From: an uncultured Trueperaceae bacterium
Lineage (GTDB): Bacteria; Deinococcota; Deinococci; Deinococcales; Trueperaceae
DNA length: 64,000 nt
NCBI GenBank assembly: GCA_963798895.1
Contig: CAWCUY010000014.1
Location: forward strand, 364,875-428,874
Reading direction: 5' to 3'
Shown here: piece after piece, positions 1-10,080 of the stretch
Layout of the letters: the number at the start of each line of letters is the position of its first letter
How positions within the stretch are numbered: the stretch's first letter is position 1
The notes under the pieces: model-generated
What the model was told of the DNA's origin: nothing
Database searches by the model: none
What the model saw: only the letters and a program-made list of their open reading frames with translations
Program-made: the position numbers and the translations under genes

Positions 1-246
1 CTGGACTGCGACGAGGTGGACGTGTTGTACGAGATCCCCGTCGAACGTGCGATCGCGCTGGTGCGCGATGGGGACTACGTGGCGGCATCCGGTTGGGACT
101 GCATGCACCGCGTGAGCAACGCGCTCCTCGTCGAGGACGATCTCATCGCCCAGGGGCGTGCCCACACCGCCGCCCTGCTCGAGCGCCTGCGCGACTGGCT
201 GGCGGGAGCCGATCCGGAGGCGTGGGCGGGCACCGAGCTCGCGTAG
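1..246 (+). CDS. C-terminal fragment of a gene that begins upstream of the window (hypothetical protein)
   Basis: An open frame runs from nt 1 to the TAG at 244-246; no family was recognised by eye. Confidence 0.35.
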   Translation: MDCDEVDVLYEIPVERAIALVRDGDYVAASGWDCMHRVSNALLVEDDLIAQGRAHTAALLERLRDWLAGADPEAWAGTELA

Positions 247-327
247 CCGCGGAACGAGCCGCGGCCGGGAACGCGACGGCCCGAACCCCCGCCTGGGGTC
301 CGGGCCGTATCGCTGGCGGGCCGGGCC

Positions 328-1983
328 TCAGGACTCCAGCACGGTCGGCACGATCAGGGGGTTCCGCCCGGTCGCCTTGCGGATGTAGCGCCGCACCGGG
401 TAGAAGATGTCGTCGCGGATGTCGTTGAGGCGCCGCTTCTCGCGGATGCCGCGCTGCAACCCCTCGAGGGCCAGGCGCTCGATCTCCTTCACGAGCCCGT
501 TCTGCCCCTCGGCCACGCCGCGGGTGATGACCTCCACGGAGGGCTTCTTGCTGAGCAGCGCCATGATCACGATCACGCCCTCGGCCGACAGCATCTGCCG
601 GTCGCGGATGACGGGCTCGGTGATCTCGTCGCCCGCACGACCGACGCTGTCGATGAACACCACGCCGGCATCGACCTGGCCGTTGATGCGGATGTCGTCC
701 TTGCTCAGCTCGATGACGTCCCCGTTGTGGGGGATGAGGACCTTCCGCGGCGGGTGGCTCATCCGTTCTGCGAGGCGCTTGTGGTTGACCTGGTGCCGCA
801 TCTCGCCGTGCCAGGGCGTGAAGAACTTGGGACGCGTCAGGTCCAGGATGAGCTTCAGCTCCTCCTGGCTGGCGTGCCCGGAGGCGTGCACCTTGTACGT
901 CGGCGGGTAGAACACGTGCACGTCGCGCTCGTAGAGCTGATTGATGACGCGCCCGACCGCCTCCTCGTTGCCCGGGATCGGGTTCGACGACATGATGACC
1001 GTGTCGCCGGGCTTGAGGTTGATCTTGCGGTGGCTGCCGGACGCGAGGCGTGACAGGGCGGCCATGGGCTGCCCCTGCGAGCCGGTGCACAGGAACAGGA
1101 CCTTGTCGTCCTGCAGGTCACCGATGTTCTCCGTGTTGACGAACGGTTCCTTGGCCTCGAGGTAGCCGAGCTCCTGGGCGATGCCCGCGTTCTTGATCAT
1201 CGATCGCCCCTCCATCACCACGCGCCGGTCGTGGAGCTCGGCGATGCGGATGAAGTTCTGCAGCCGGTGCACGTGGCTCGAGAAGGTCGTGACGATCACG
1301 CGCCCGCGGGCCTTGGCGACGATCTCCTCGACGGCGATCATCACGTCGCGCTCGCTCGGCGTATAGCCGGGTCGCTCGGCGTTCGTCGAGTCGGAGATGA
1401 GCAGCAGCACGCCCTCCTCGCCTGCCTGCGCGAGCTTGTGGAGGTGGCTGGTCTTGCCGTCGGCGGGGTTGTAGTCCAGCTTGAAATCGCCCGAATGCAC
1501 CACCCGGCCGAGGGGCGTGTGGATGATCAGGCCGCTGTTGTCCGGGATCGAGTGGGTCATGCGGAAGAAGTCGACGGTGAAGTACTTGCTGATCTTCACG
1601 CGTTCGTCGGTCGTGATCTCGTGAAGATCGACGTCGCTCTCCTTCAGCTTGAACTCCTCGAACTTGCCGCGCAGCAGGCCCAGCGTGAGCCTGGCTCCGT
1701 ACATCGGGATCTTCGGCAGCAGCCGCAGCATGTACGGCAAGCCGCCGATGTGGTCCTCGTGCCCGTGCGTCAGCACCCACCCCTTGATCTTGTGGGCGTT
1801 CTCGACCACCCAGTCGATCCGGGGCACCAGGATGTCGACGCCCAGCATGTCGGCGTCGGGGAAGGCGAGCCCACCGTCGACGAGGAGGACCTCGCCGTCG
1901 TACTCGAAGGCGAACATGTTCTTGCCGATCTCGCCCATGCCACCCAACGGGATGATGTTCAGTTTCCTGTCGTTCCCGGCCAT
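328..1983 (-). CDS. rnj: Ribonuclease J (metallo-beta-lactamase / beta-CASP RNase)
   Basis: 551 aa with the HGHEDH zinc motif and RNase J architecture; a GAGGAG ribosome-binding site precedes the ATG at 1983. Confidence 0.9.
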   Translation of the reverse strand: MAGNDRKLNIIPLGGMGEIGKNMFAFEYDGEVLLVDGGLAFPDADMLGVDILVPRIDWVVENAHKIKGWVLTHGHEDHIGGLPYMLRLLPKIPMYGARLTLGLLRGKFEEFKLKESDVDLHEITTDERVKISKYFTVDFFRMTHSIPDNSGLIIHTPLGRVVHSGDFKLDYNPADGKTSHLHKLAQAGEEGVLLLISDSTNAERPGYTPSERDVMIAVEEIVAKARGRVIVTTFSSHVHRLQNFIRIAELHDRRVVMEGRSMIKNAGIAQELGYLEAKEPFVNTENIGDLQDDKVLFLCTGSQGQPMAALSRLASGSHRKINLKPGDTVIMSSNPIPGNEEAVGRVINQLYERDVHVFYPPTYKVHASGHASQEELKLILDLTRPKFFTPWHGEMRHQVNHKRLAERMSHPPRKVLIPHNGDVIELSKDDIRINGQVDAGVVFIDSVGRAGDEITEPVIRDRQMLSAEGVIVIMALLSKKPSVEVITRGVAEGQNGLVKEIERLALEGLQRGIREKRRLNDIRDDIFYPVRRYIRKATGRNPLIVPTVLES

Positions 1984-2306
1984 ACATCTCCTCTCGTGCC
2001 GGCCGCCGGGTACGGCGGCCGAACGTGGTGATCCACGTCCATCGCGGCACGCTTCTCATAAGGCTGTGCACCGGTCGGCCTCTGGCGGCCGCGCCGCGTG
2101 CGCGCAAGATAGGGTTGCGGGTCGAGGCGCCGGATCAGGCGCGGGAAGGCGTTCGAATAGGTCGCGCGGGTGCGCGTGGATCGCAGATATCGGGTGTCGC
2201 GCTCATGCGGCCGTGTGCGGGTGCGCGGGCGGATCCGGCGGCCGGGCGGCGGCTTCGGGGCGCGCCGTCGCGGAAGACGTGCGCGCTCCCTGGGTCGTGC
2301 GGGCGA

Positions 2307-2390
2307 CCGGTCGGCGGGCACCCGCCGCCGGTCGGCGGGCACCCGCTGCCGGCCAGCGGGCACCCGCCGCCGGTCGGCGGGCACCCGCCG
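2307..2390. repeat. Four tandem copies of a 21-bp unit (CCGGTCGGCGGGCACCCGCCG), each internally palindromic
   Basis: Direct reading of the sequence; copies at 2307, 2328, 2349 and 2370 carry 1-3 substitutions each. Confidence 0.85.
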
Positions 2391-2447
2391 CGCCCCGCCG
2401 CCGGACGGGCGAGACGACGGGCGGTCGGCCCGCCAAGCGGCCGGCGA

Positions 2448-4661
2448 TCAGTGCCTGTCGCGAGGGGGGCGCCGGTCGCCGCGGTCGCCGCCGCGTTCCC
2501 GACCGCGTCCGCCACGGCCGCCGCCGCCCCCACGCCCGGCGCGGGGCGCGATCTTCCCTTCGAGCTCGGGCCGGACGAGGTCGATCTTGCCGCGGTCGTC
2601 GATGGAGTTGACCTTGACGCGCACCCGGTCGCCCTCCTTGAGGTAGTCCTCGACGCGCTCGACGCGCTCCTCGGCGATCTGGGAGATGTGGAGCAGCCCG
2701 TCGGTACCGGGGAAGAGGGTGACGAAGGCACCGAAGTCGAGCGTCTTGGCAACGACGCCGTCGTACTCCTTGCCGAGCTCGGCGGTGGCGGTCATGGCCT
2801 CGATCTGGGCCTTGACCTTCTGGGCCACGGCCGAGTCTTCGCTGTAGATCTTCACCGTGCCGTCCTCGGCGACCTCGATCGTACAGCCTAGCGCCTCGAG
2901 CTCGCGGATCTGCTTCCCACCGGGTCCGATGACGGTACCGATCTTGTCGGTCGGGATCCTGACCTGGATGATGCGCGGCGCGCGCGGCGAGATCTCGGGG
3001 CGCGGCGCAGGGAGCGCCTCGGCCATCTTGCCGAGGATGTGGAGGCGGCCCGCTCGGGCCTGCGCGAGCGCCTCGCGCATGATCTCCGCCGTGATCCCCT
3101 TGATCTTGATGTCCATCTGCAGGGCCGTGACCCCGTCGGAGGTGCCGGTGACCTTGAAGTCCATGTCGCCCAGAGCGTCCTCGGACCCGAGGATGTCGCT
3201 GAGGACGCGGTAGGCGTCCCCCTCCTTGACCAGGCCCATGGCGATGCCGGCGACCGGCTTGCGCATCGGCACGCCGGCGTCCATCAGCGCCAGGGAGCCG
3301 GAGCACACCGTCGCCATGGAGCTCGAGCCGTTGGACTCCAGCGTCTCCGCCACGACGCGCAGCACGTACGGGAACTCGTCCTGGCCGGGCACCATCCGCA
3401 CGAGCGCGCGGCGCGCGAGGTTGCCGTGCCCGAGCTCACGCCGGGAGGCGCCGCGCAGGCGCTTCACCTCGCCGGTCGAGAAGGGCGCGAAGTTGTAGTG
3501 CAGCATGAACTCCTCGGTGTCCTCGAGACCGAGGTCGTCCACGAGCCGGTTGTCGCGCCCGGTACCGAGGGTCGCGACGGACAGGACCTGCGTCTCGCCG
3601 CGGGTGAACACCGCCGAGCCGTGCGCCATGGGCAGCACGCCCGTCTCCACCCAGATGGGGCGGATCTGGTCCGGCCGGCGCCCGTCGGTGCGGACGTTCT
3701 CCTCGAGCACGAGGCGACGCATCTCCGCCCCTTCGGCCTTGTCGAAGGCGGCCTTGAGCTGCCTGATCCGGACGCCGGCGCCCTCGGCGTCCGCGTCCGG
3801 CACCAGTCGCTCGATGATGCCGTCACGAACGGCCTTCACCGCATCGGCGCGCTCGTGCTTGCCTTCGGTCGTCAGCGCGGCGCGCAGGTCCGCCTGGGCC
3901 GCCTCGCGCTTCATCGTTTCGATGTCGGCGGGATCGAGCTCGATGGCCGGCTCGAAGCCCGCCTTCTCCTTGCCGACCTCGCTGCGCAGCCGCTCGATGA
4001 GCTCGACGACGGGGCGGAGCTGCTGCTGTGCGAACTCGATGGCGCCGACCATCACGTCCTCGGGCAGCTCGTCGGCGGCCGCCTCGACCATCAGGACCGC
4101 GTCCTTGCTGGCGGCGACGGTGAGCTCGAGCTGCGACGCGCCCTCGTGGAGCTGCTGCAGCGTCGGGTTGACCACGTAGGCACCGTCGACGTACCCGACC
4201 TGGCAGCACGCCGTCGGGCCGTCCCACGGGATGTTGCTCATCGCGATCGCGGCGGATGCGCCGATCGCGCCGAGCGGAGCGGGGTCGTTCACCTGATCGG
4301 CGCTGAGCACCGTGATGATGACCTGCACCTCGTTGCGCAGCTGCTTCGGGAACAGCGGGCGGATCTGCCGGTCGGTGATGCGGGCGTTCAGCGTGGCTTG
4401 CGTTCCGGGCCGGCTCTCCCGCCGCATGAACGAGCCTGGGATCTTGCCGATCGCGTAGTGCTTCTCCTCGTACTCGACGGTCAGCGGAAGGAACGGCAGC
4501 GGCGAGGCGTTGTCGTTCATGTGGGCCGTGACGAGGACCACGGTATCGCCGTAGCGAACGGTGACGCTGCCCGAAACCTGTTTGGCGTACTTGCCCGTCT
4601 CGATGACGAGCTCGCGGCCTCCTAGGTCGGTGCCATAGCGTCGATAGCTGGGTAGATTCAC
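2448..4661 (-). CDS. pnp: Polynucleotide phosphorylase with a C-terminal Gly/Arg-rich (RGG-like) tail
   Basis: 737 aa with two RNase PH domains plus KH and S1 domains; GTG start preceded by AAGGAGAG; the tail reads RAGRGGGGGRGGRGRERGG. Confidence 0.93.
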   Translation of the reverse strand: MNLPSYRRYGTDLGGRELVIETGKYAKQVSGSVTVRYGDTVVLVTAHMNDNASPLPFLPLTVEYEEKHYAIGKIPGSFMRRESRPGTQATLNARITDRQIRPLFPKQLRNEVQVIITVLSADQVNDPAPLGAIGASAAIAMSNIPWDGPTACCQVGYVDGAYVVNPTLQQLHEGASQLELTVAASKDAVLMVEAAADELPEDVMVGAIEFAQQQLRPVVELIERLRSEVGKEKAGFEPAIELDPADIETMKREAAQADLRAALTTEGKHERADAVKAVRDGIIERLVPDADAEGAGVRIRQLKAAFDKAEGAEMRRLVLEENVRTDGRRPDQIRPIWVETGVLPMAHGSAVFTRGETQVLSVATLGTGRDNRLVDDLGLEDTEEFMLHYNFAPFSTGEVKRLRGASRRELGHGNLARRALVRMVPGQDEFPYVLRVVAETLESNGSSSMATVCSGSLALMDAGVPMRKPVAGIAMGLVKEGDAYRVLSDILGSEDALGDMDFKVTGTSDGVTALQMDIKIKGITAEIMREALAQARAGRLHILGKMAEALPAPRPEISPRAPRIIQVRIPTDKIGTVIGPGGKQIRELEALGCTIEVAEDGTVKIYSEDSAVAQKVKAQIEAMTATAELGKEYDGVVAKTLDFGAFVTLFPGTDGLLHISQIAEERVERVEDYLKEGDRVRVKVNSIDDRGKIDLVRPELEGKIAPRAGRGGGGGRGGRGRERGGDRGDRRPPRDRH

Positions 4662-4750
4662 GCTCTCTCCTTCGTGGTGCCTACTTCTGCCGTGCTCTTG
4701 AGTGCGGCGCCTTCGGTCGGCGCGCGGCGCGCATCGCCGTTCGCCCGCCC

Positions 4751-4779
4751 CATGAACGCCGCCGGCGAGGCATGGAGGC
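4751..4779 (-). terminator. Stem-loop in the rpsO-pnp intergenic region (rpsO terminator / pnp leader hairpin)
   Basis: 10-bp perfect stem GCCGGCGAGG...CCTCGCCGGC with a 9-nt loop, between the rpsO stop and the pnp start. Confidence 0.5.
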
Positions 4780-4860
4780 CCTCGCCGGCACCGTGACGGA
4801 TGTTGGGAAGCTGGGGTCGAGGTCGAGGGGCGACAGGCACGATACGCGGTGGTGCAAGTC

Positions 4861-5130
4861 TCAGCGGCGCAGCCCGAGGCTGGCGATGAGCTCCTTGTAT
4901 CCTTCGTAGTTGGTGCGCTCGAGGTACCCGAGCAGCCGCTTGCGGTGGCCGACCATCTTGAGCAACCCGCGGCGGCCGTGGTGGTCCTGCTTGTGCGCCT
5001 GCAGGTGCTGGCTGAGCTCCTCGATGCGAGCCGTCAGCAGCGCGACCTGCACGGCCGTCGAGCCGGTGTCGCGCTCGTCCTTGCCGTACGTGCGGATGAT
5101 CTCGAGCTTCTTGTCGGCAACCATGGTCAT
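4861..5130 (-). CDS. rpsO: 30S ribosomal protein S15
   Basis: Conserved S15 sequence ([16 protein letters not shown]...); start moved to the internal ATG at 5130, which follows GAGAGG; the tool ORF has a spurious 30-aa extension. Confidence 0.93.
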   Translation of the reverse strand: MTMVADKKLEIIRTYGKDERDTGSTAVQVALLTARIEELSQHLQAHKQDHHGRRGLLKMVGHRKRLLGYLERTNYEGYKELIASLGLRR

Positions 5131-5342
5131 AGATATCAACCTCTCACGTTGCAGTACGTGGTTCCCGCGCGGATCCGGGGGCATAGGCGTCGATACCGCG
5201 CCAGAACTCCAACGTGCCAATCTAGCACGTTCGCCGCCCCTTGTCCAAACGAGGGCCCCGCGGCGCGCCGTCGTCGCGGAGGGTCGCGCGCGGGGCGTGG
5301 CCCGCGAGACGTCGCGCGCGCGGCGCGACGCTATCCTCGCGC

Positions 5343-5759
5343 ATGAGCATGCGAAGCTTCACCGTCGAGCTGGGTTCCCGCGAGCGCGGCGTACACCTGG
5401 TGACCCGCGACGTGCTCCAGGCCGTGGACATCGGCGGCGTCGACACCGGCCTGCTCCACCTGTTCCTGCAGCACACGTCGGCCGCCCTGGCGCTGGGCGA
5501 GAACGCATCGCCGGACGTGCGCGCCGACCTGGAGCGCTGGCTCCGCCGCCTGGCGCCGGACGGCGCAGACTACTTCGAGCACACCCTCGAGGGCCCCGAC
5601 GACATGCCGGCGCACGCCAAGGCGGTCGCGGTGGGCGCGTCGCTCACGTTGCCGGTCCGGCGCGGTGAGCTCGCGCTGGGGCGCTGGCAGGGGATCTACC
5701 TGTGCGAGTTCCGTCGCCGCGGAGGACCGCGCCGCGTCCTGGCGACCCTCGCCGCCTGA
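5343..5759 (+). CDS. YjbQ/UPF0047 family protein (secondary thiamine-phosphate synthase-like)
   Basis: 138 aa with the typical YjbQ family length and motifs; start set at the internal ATG ([10 protein letters not shown]). Confidence 0.7.
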   Translation: MSMRSFTVELGSRERGVHLVTRDVLQAVDIGGVDTGLLHLFLQHTSAALALGENASPDVRADLERWLRRLAPDGADYFEHTLEGPDDMPAHAKAVAVGASLTLPVRRGELALGRWQGIYLCEFRRRGGPRRVLATLAA

Positions 5760-5777
5760 GGCCGGTCGCCGCGGGCC

Positions 5778-7727
5778 TCACGGGTGCCGCTGGAACCAGT
5801 CCACGATGGCCTCGAGCCGCGCGATGCGGCGGTCGGGCCGCCCCGAGCGGGACAGGTCGTGGCTCTCGCCCGGCACGCGCAGCATCTCCACCTCGGAGCG
5901 GCCGAGGCGCTTGAGGGCCGTGAACAGCTGCTCGGCCTGCTCGATCGGGCAGCGCAGGTCCTGTTCGGAGTGGACGATGAGCAGCGGCGTGCTCACGTCG
6001 GCGACGTAGCGCAGCGGGCTCTGCCGCCACAGCTCCTCCGTGTGCTCCCAGGGATTGCCGCCCTGCTCCCGCTCGGTGAAACGGGAGCCGATATCGGAGG
6101 TGCCGTAGAAGCTCAGCCAGTTGCAGATGCTGCGTTGGGTCACCGCGCTACGGAAACGGTCGCTGTGCGTGACCAGCCAGTTCGTCATGAAGCCGCCGTA
6201 GCTGCCGCCCGTGAGGTGGATCGGCGCCTGTGGATCGACGTGTGCGGCGAGCGCGTCCTCGGCGATGGCCAGCACGTCGCCCGCGTCGCCCCCGCCGTAA
6301 TCGCGCAGCACGGCCCGCACGAAGTCGCTGCCGTAGCCGGTGCCGCCGCGCGGGTTGCCGTAGACCACCGTATAGCCGTTGGCGGCCAGCAGCTGGAACT
6401 CGAACTCGAAGCCATATCCGTAGTTGGTGTGGGGCCCGCCGTGGACCTCGAGCACCAGCGCATGGTCGCGACGCGGGCGCGACGGTTGCAGGGTCCAGTA
6501 CTCGAGCTCGGTGCCGTCGGAGGCACGGGCCACGCGCGGGTCGGATGCCGGCCGCAGGCGCAGCTGGCCCAACAGCGCGCCGTTGGCGTCGCCGATCCGG
6601 CGCTCCGCGCCGTTCGCCTCGCGCAAGACGAGCTCACCGGGCTCGGTGGGGGACTCCACGGTCATCAACGCGCGGCCGCCAACCGCCGCGAAGGCGGTGA
6701 CGACGCGTCGGCCGTCCTGCAGGGGAACGAGCGTGCCGTCCAGGTCGAGGCGCGCGAGCCCAGCCGAGCCACGCCGATTGAGGTTGACGAGCACAGCGTC
6801 GTCGCCGTCCCACACGGGATCCTGCGGGTACGCGCCGGAGCGGCTGTCGCCTCCCACGCTGTGAGCGGCGTCCTCGCCTCCGCTCAGCAGGCGGGGCGTG
6901 CCGTCGGCGGCGTCGACCGCCCAGGCGCCCGTAGGGCTGCCGAGGTCGTCGGGGTCCGCCGGCGCCAGGAACGCCAGCCGCCGGCCGTCGGGCGAGGGCA
7001 CGGGCGTTCCCATCCCGAGCTGCGGGGCGCACACGCGCGACACCTCGCGGCTGCGCAGCTCCAGGGCCCACAGCGACGCCCGCATCGCCTCCTCCTCGGC
7101 CAGATCGGCGGGGGCCACGAAGTACAGGCGCTCCCCGTCGGGGGAGAACGCCAGGCCGCGCGGCGACAGGGGCAGGTTCGTGAGCTTCCGCGGAGCGCCG
7201 CCACGGAGGCCGACGAGGTAGATCTGCGCCTCGAGGTCGGGGAGGAAGCCGGCGCCATCGGCGCGGTAGTGCAGGCGGGAGATGCGGCGCGGCGTTCCGC
7301 GCTCGCCGGCCGCGTCGGTCCAGGTGCCGCGACTGACGAACGCGACACGGCGCTCGTCGGGGTGCCACACGAACTCCTGCACGCCGGCCGCGAGGTCGGT
7401 GAGCGCCTCGGACTCGCCACCCGCGAGGTCCATCACCTTCAGCTGGCGCTTGTCCTCCTCGCGCTCCTGGCCGAGGAAGGCGAGGCGGCGGCTGCGCGGC
7501 GAGAAACGCGGCCGCGCGTCGCCGAAAGGCGACGCCGTGAAGGCGCGCCCGGTGCCGCGCGCCAGGTCGTAGACGTGCACGCGCCCGCGGTAGCGGGGCG
7601 GGGCGTCGTCGCGGTCACGCACGATGCGGGTCACGACGGCGGCGCCCGAGCGGCCGTCGGGCGACAGCTGGGGGTCGGAGACGAAGGCGAGGTCGAGCAG
7701 GTCGGACGGGCGCGGTCGGCGGGGCAT
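5778..7727 (-). CDS. S9 family serine peptidase (prolyl oligopeptidase / acylaminoacyl-peptidase-like)
   Basis: 649 aa with an N-terminal beta-propeller region and a C-terminal alpha/beta hydrolase domain carrying the GGSYGG nucleophile motif; AGGAGG ribosome-binding site. Confidence 0.85.
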   Translation of the reverse strand: MPRRPRPSDLLDLAFVSDPQLSPDGRSGAAVVTRIVRDRDDAPPRYRGRVHVYDLARGTGRAFTASPFGDARPRFSPRSRRLAFLGQEREEDKRQLKVMDLAGGESEALTDLAAGVQEFVWHPDERRVAFVSRGTWTDAAGERGTPRRISRLHYRADGAGFLPDLEAQIYLVGLRGGAPRKLTNLPLSPRGLAFSPDGERLYFVAPADLAEEEAMRASLWALELRSREVSRVCAPQLGMGTPVPSPDGRRLAFLAPADPDDLGSPTGAWAVDAADGTPRLLSGGEDAAHSVGGDSRSGAYPQDPVWDGDDAVLVNLNRRGSAGLARLDLDGTLVPLQDGRRVVTAFAAVGGRALMTVESPTEPGELVLREANGAERRIGDANGALLGQLRLRPASDPRVARASDGTELEYWTLQPSRPRRDHALVLEVHGGPHTNYGYGFEFEFQLLAANGYTVVYGNPRGGTGYGSDFVRAVLRDYGGGDAGDVLAIAEDALAAHVDPQAPIHLTGGSYGGFMTNWLVTHSDRFRSAVTQRSICNWLSFYGTSDIGSRFTEREQGGNPWEHTEELWRQSPLRYVADVSTPLLIVHSEQDLRCPIEQAEQLFTALKRLGRSEVEMLRVPGESHDLSRSGRPDRRIARLEAIVDWFQRHP

Positions 7728-7759
7728 GCTACCTCCTAAGGTGGCGTCGGCGAAGGCGC

Positions 7760-8494
7760 TCAGGAGCGCAGCGCGTCGCGCGCCTGCTGGATGACGTAGA
7801 TCAGGATGCCGGCGGCGACGGACGCATTGAGCGACCCCACCCGCCCCCGCATGGCGATGGCGACGGTCTCGTCGCAGCGCTCCCGCACGAGGCGCCGCAG
7901 GCCGCTCCCCTCGGAGCCGATCACGAGCGCCGCGTCACGGTCCCAATCGACCGCCTCCGGCGCCACCGCCCCCTCGAGCTCGGCGCCGTAGACCCACACG
8001 TTGCGTTCCTTGAGCTCCTCGATGGTGCGAGGCAGGTTCGTGACCTGGACGATTGCGAGGTGGCTGGTGGCGCCCGCGGCGGCCTTCGCGACGAGCGGCG
8101 ACAGGCGCGCGCTGCGGCGTTCCTCGGTGACCACTCCGTGGGCTCCCAGCGCCTCGGCGCTGCGGATGATGGCGCCGACGTTGCGCGGGTCGGTGAGATG
8201 GTCGAGGAGCACCAGCAGGAGCCGCTCGCCCGCGGCCTCGGCCCGGGCGTAGCAGGCGTCGAGCGTGGCCAGCGGGACCTCCGGCAGCTCGGCGGCGACG
8301 CCCTGGTGGGAGGTGGTGCGAAGGGCCCGGTCGAGCTCGATGCGCGGCACCTCCTCGAGCGGAACGCCGGCGCGGCGCGCGAGGCGACGGAACTCCTCGA
8401 CGGTGGCGGGCCGTACGCCGCGCGCGATCAGGACGCGCCGCGCCTGCCCCTGCTTGAGGGCCTCCAGCACGACGTTGCGGCCGTAGACGAGCAT
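7760..8494 (-). CDS. rlmB: TrmH/SpoU family RNA 2'-O-methyltransferase, RlmB-like
   Basis: 244 aa with an N-terminal substrate-binding module and a SpoU methylase domain. Confidence 0.75.
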   Translation of the reverse strand: MLVYGRNVVLEALKQGQARRVLIARGVRPATVEEFRRLARRAGVPLEEVPRIELDRALRTTSHQGVAAELPEVPLATLDACYARAEAAGERLLLVLLDHLTDPRNVGAIIRSAEALGAHGVVTEERRSARLSPLVAKAAAGATSHLAIVQVTNLPRTIEELKERNVWVYGAELEGAVAPEAVDWDRDAALVIGSEGSGLRRLVRERCDETVAIAMRGRVGSLNASVAAGILIYVIQQARDALRS

Positions 8495-8533
8495 GGCGCG
8501 AGTATACGTGGAGCGGCGGCTCGGGCGCGCCGG

Positions 8534-9448
8534 TCAGGTCGGCAGGCCGAGGTCGGCGAGCGCGGCGCGCGCCGCGTCGCGGTCGCGCGCGAGCTGCGCC
8601 TTGAGGTCCTCGATCCCGTCGAAACGGCGTTGGAGGCGCAGCAGCGCGTGGAAGCGCGTGGTGACCTCCTTGCCGTAGAGCTCGTCGCCGTCCTCCGGGT
8701 AACCGAAGAGGTGCACCTCGAGGGAGGGCGGCGCGTCGGGGAACGTCGGGCGCGGTCCTACGTTGGCCATGCCGCCGAAGGTGCGGCCGTCGACGCGCGC
8801 CGTGACGGCCAGCACGCCCAGCGGGAGCGCCTTGCGGTCGTCGGTCATGACGTTCGCGGTGGGGAAGCCGAGGGTGCGGCCGCGCCGTTGCCCCTCGCTC
8901 ACGCGGCCGCGTGCCCGGTAGGGCGCGCCCAGGAGCTCGTTGGCGCGCGCCACGTCTCCGGATGCGAGGTGCTCGCGGATGCGCGACGACTTCACGGCCT
9001 CGCCTCGGAGCGTGCGCAGCCCGAAGGCCTCGAGGTTCTTTGCGACGGGGGAGAGGTCGTCGAGCCCCCCCACCCTGCCGTGACCGAAGCGGAAGTCCTC
9101 CCCGACGATGATCAAGTGGGGCGCGAGGCGTTCGAGCTGGGCGACGAACCGCTCCTTCGGGGTGAGGGCGTAGTCCCGGCTGAAGGGGATCGAGACGACG
9201 GCGCCCGGCTCGTAGGCGGCGAGCAGCTCGAGCTTCTCCTCGGCGCTGCTGAGGAAGGTGGCGCGGCCGAACACCACCTTCGCAGGCGGGAAGAACGTGA
9301 CGATGACCGACGGCAGGCCGAGCTCGCCGGAGACCTCGCGCATGCGTTCGAGCAGCATCCGGTGCCCGAGGTGGACGCCATCGAAGTTGCCGATCGACAG
9401 CACGACGCGGGAGAGCTCGAGCTCGTCCGGATCGTGAACGACGTTCAC
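8534..9448 (-). CDS. ribF: Bifunctional riboflavin kinase / FMN adenylyltransferase
   Basis: GNFDGVHLGH and GRTLGFPTAN motifs; GTG start at 9448 overlaps the upstream stop by 4 nt (GTGA). Confidence 0.85.
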   Translation of the reverse strand: MNVVHDPDELELSRVVLSIGNFDGVHLGHRMLLERMREVSGELGLPSVIVTFFPPAKVVFGRATFLSSAEEKLELLAAYEPGAVVSIPFSRDYALTPKERFVAQLERLAPHLIIVGEDFRFGHGRVGGLDDLSPVAKNLEAFGLRTLRGEAVKSSRIREHLASGDVARANELLGAPYRARGRVSEGQRRGRTLGFPTANVMTDDRKALPLGVLAVTARVDGRTFGGMANVGPRPTFPDAPPSLEVHLFGYPEDGDELYGKEVTTRFHALLRLQRRFDGIEDLKAQLARDRDAARAALADLGLPT

Positions 9449-9936
9449 GGCTCGAGCCCCAGCAGCGCCAGCGCGTGCCGCAGTCCCAGCAGGGTCACCC
9501 CGCTCGTCGCCAGCTCGCCGCGCGCCACGCGGCGCCAGGCGTCCTGGACGTCCAGCCATGCCACGCTGAGGTCTTCGTCCTCGTCGGGCTCGCCCTGCGC
9601 CGGCCGGAGGTCGGTCGCCTGGTACAGGTAGACGGCCTCGTCGCTGAACCCGGGCGACGCGTACAACCTCGTGACCGGCGTCATGGGGCCGTCGAGGCCG
9701 ACCTCCTCGGCGAGCTCCCTGTGGGCGGCCTGCTCGGGCGTCTCCCCGGGCTCGATGAGCCCTGCGGGGAGCTCCCAGGTCCGTCCGCCGATGGCGGGGC
9801 GCTCCTGGCGCACCCCCAGGGCCTCGCGGCCGCGGAGCGCGAGCACCGCCACGGCATCGGCGTGCTCGACCACCTCCCAGCGGTCGTCGAGCTTCGACAG
9901 CGTGAGGATCTTGCCGCGGTAGATCTCCTGACGCAT
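9445..9936 (-). CDS. NUDIX hydrolase (ADP-ribose pyrophosphatase-like)
   Basis: Nudix box GX5EX7REUXEEXGU is present (GLIEPGETPEQAAHRELAEEVGL); start set at the internal ATG (MRQEIYRGK). Confidence 0.75.
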   Translation of the reverse strand: MRQEIYRGKILTLSKLDDRWEVVEHADAVAVLALRGREALGVRQERPAIGGRTWELPAGLIEPGETPEQAAHRELAEEVGLDGPMTPVTRLYASPGFSDEAVYLYQATDLRPAQGEPDEDEDLSVAWLDVQDAWRRVARGELATSGVTLLGLRHALALLGLEP

Positions 9937-10080
9937 GCTCCTCCCGGGGCGCGCTCGGCGCCGCCGGTCAGCGTACCAGACGCGCGATGTTAGCGGTCGC
10001 GCCCGTCTTCGCGCGGGCCCCCGCGCGAGCGGCCGGGGCATTGGCCCCGGCCGCGGCTCGAGCACGAGGCAGGGGGCGGC

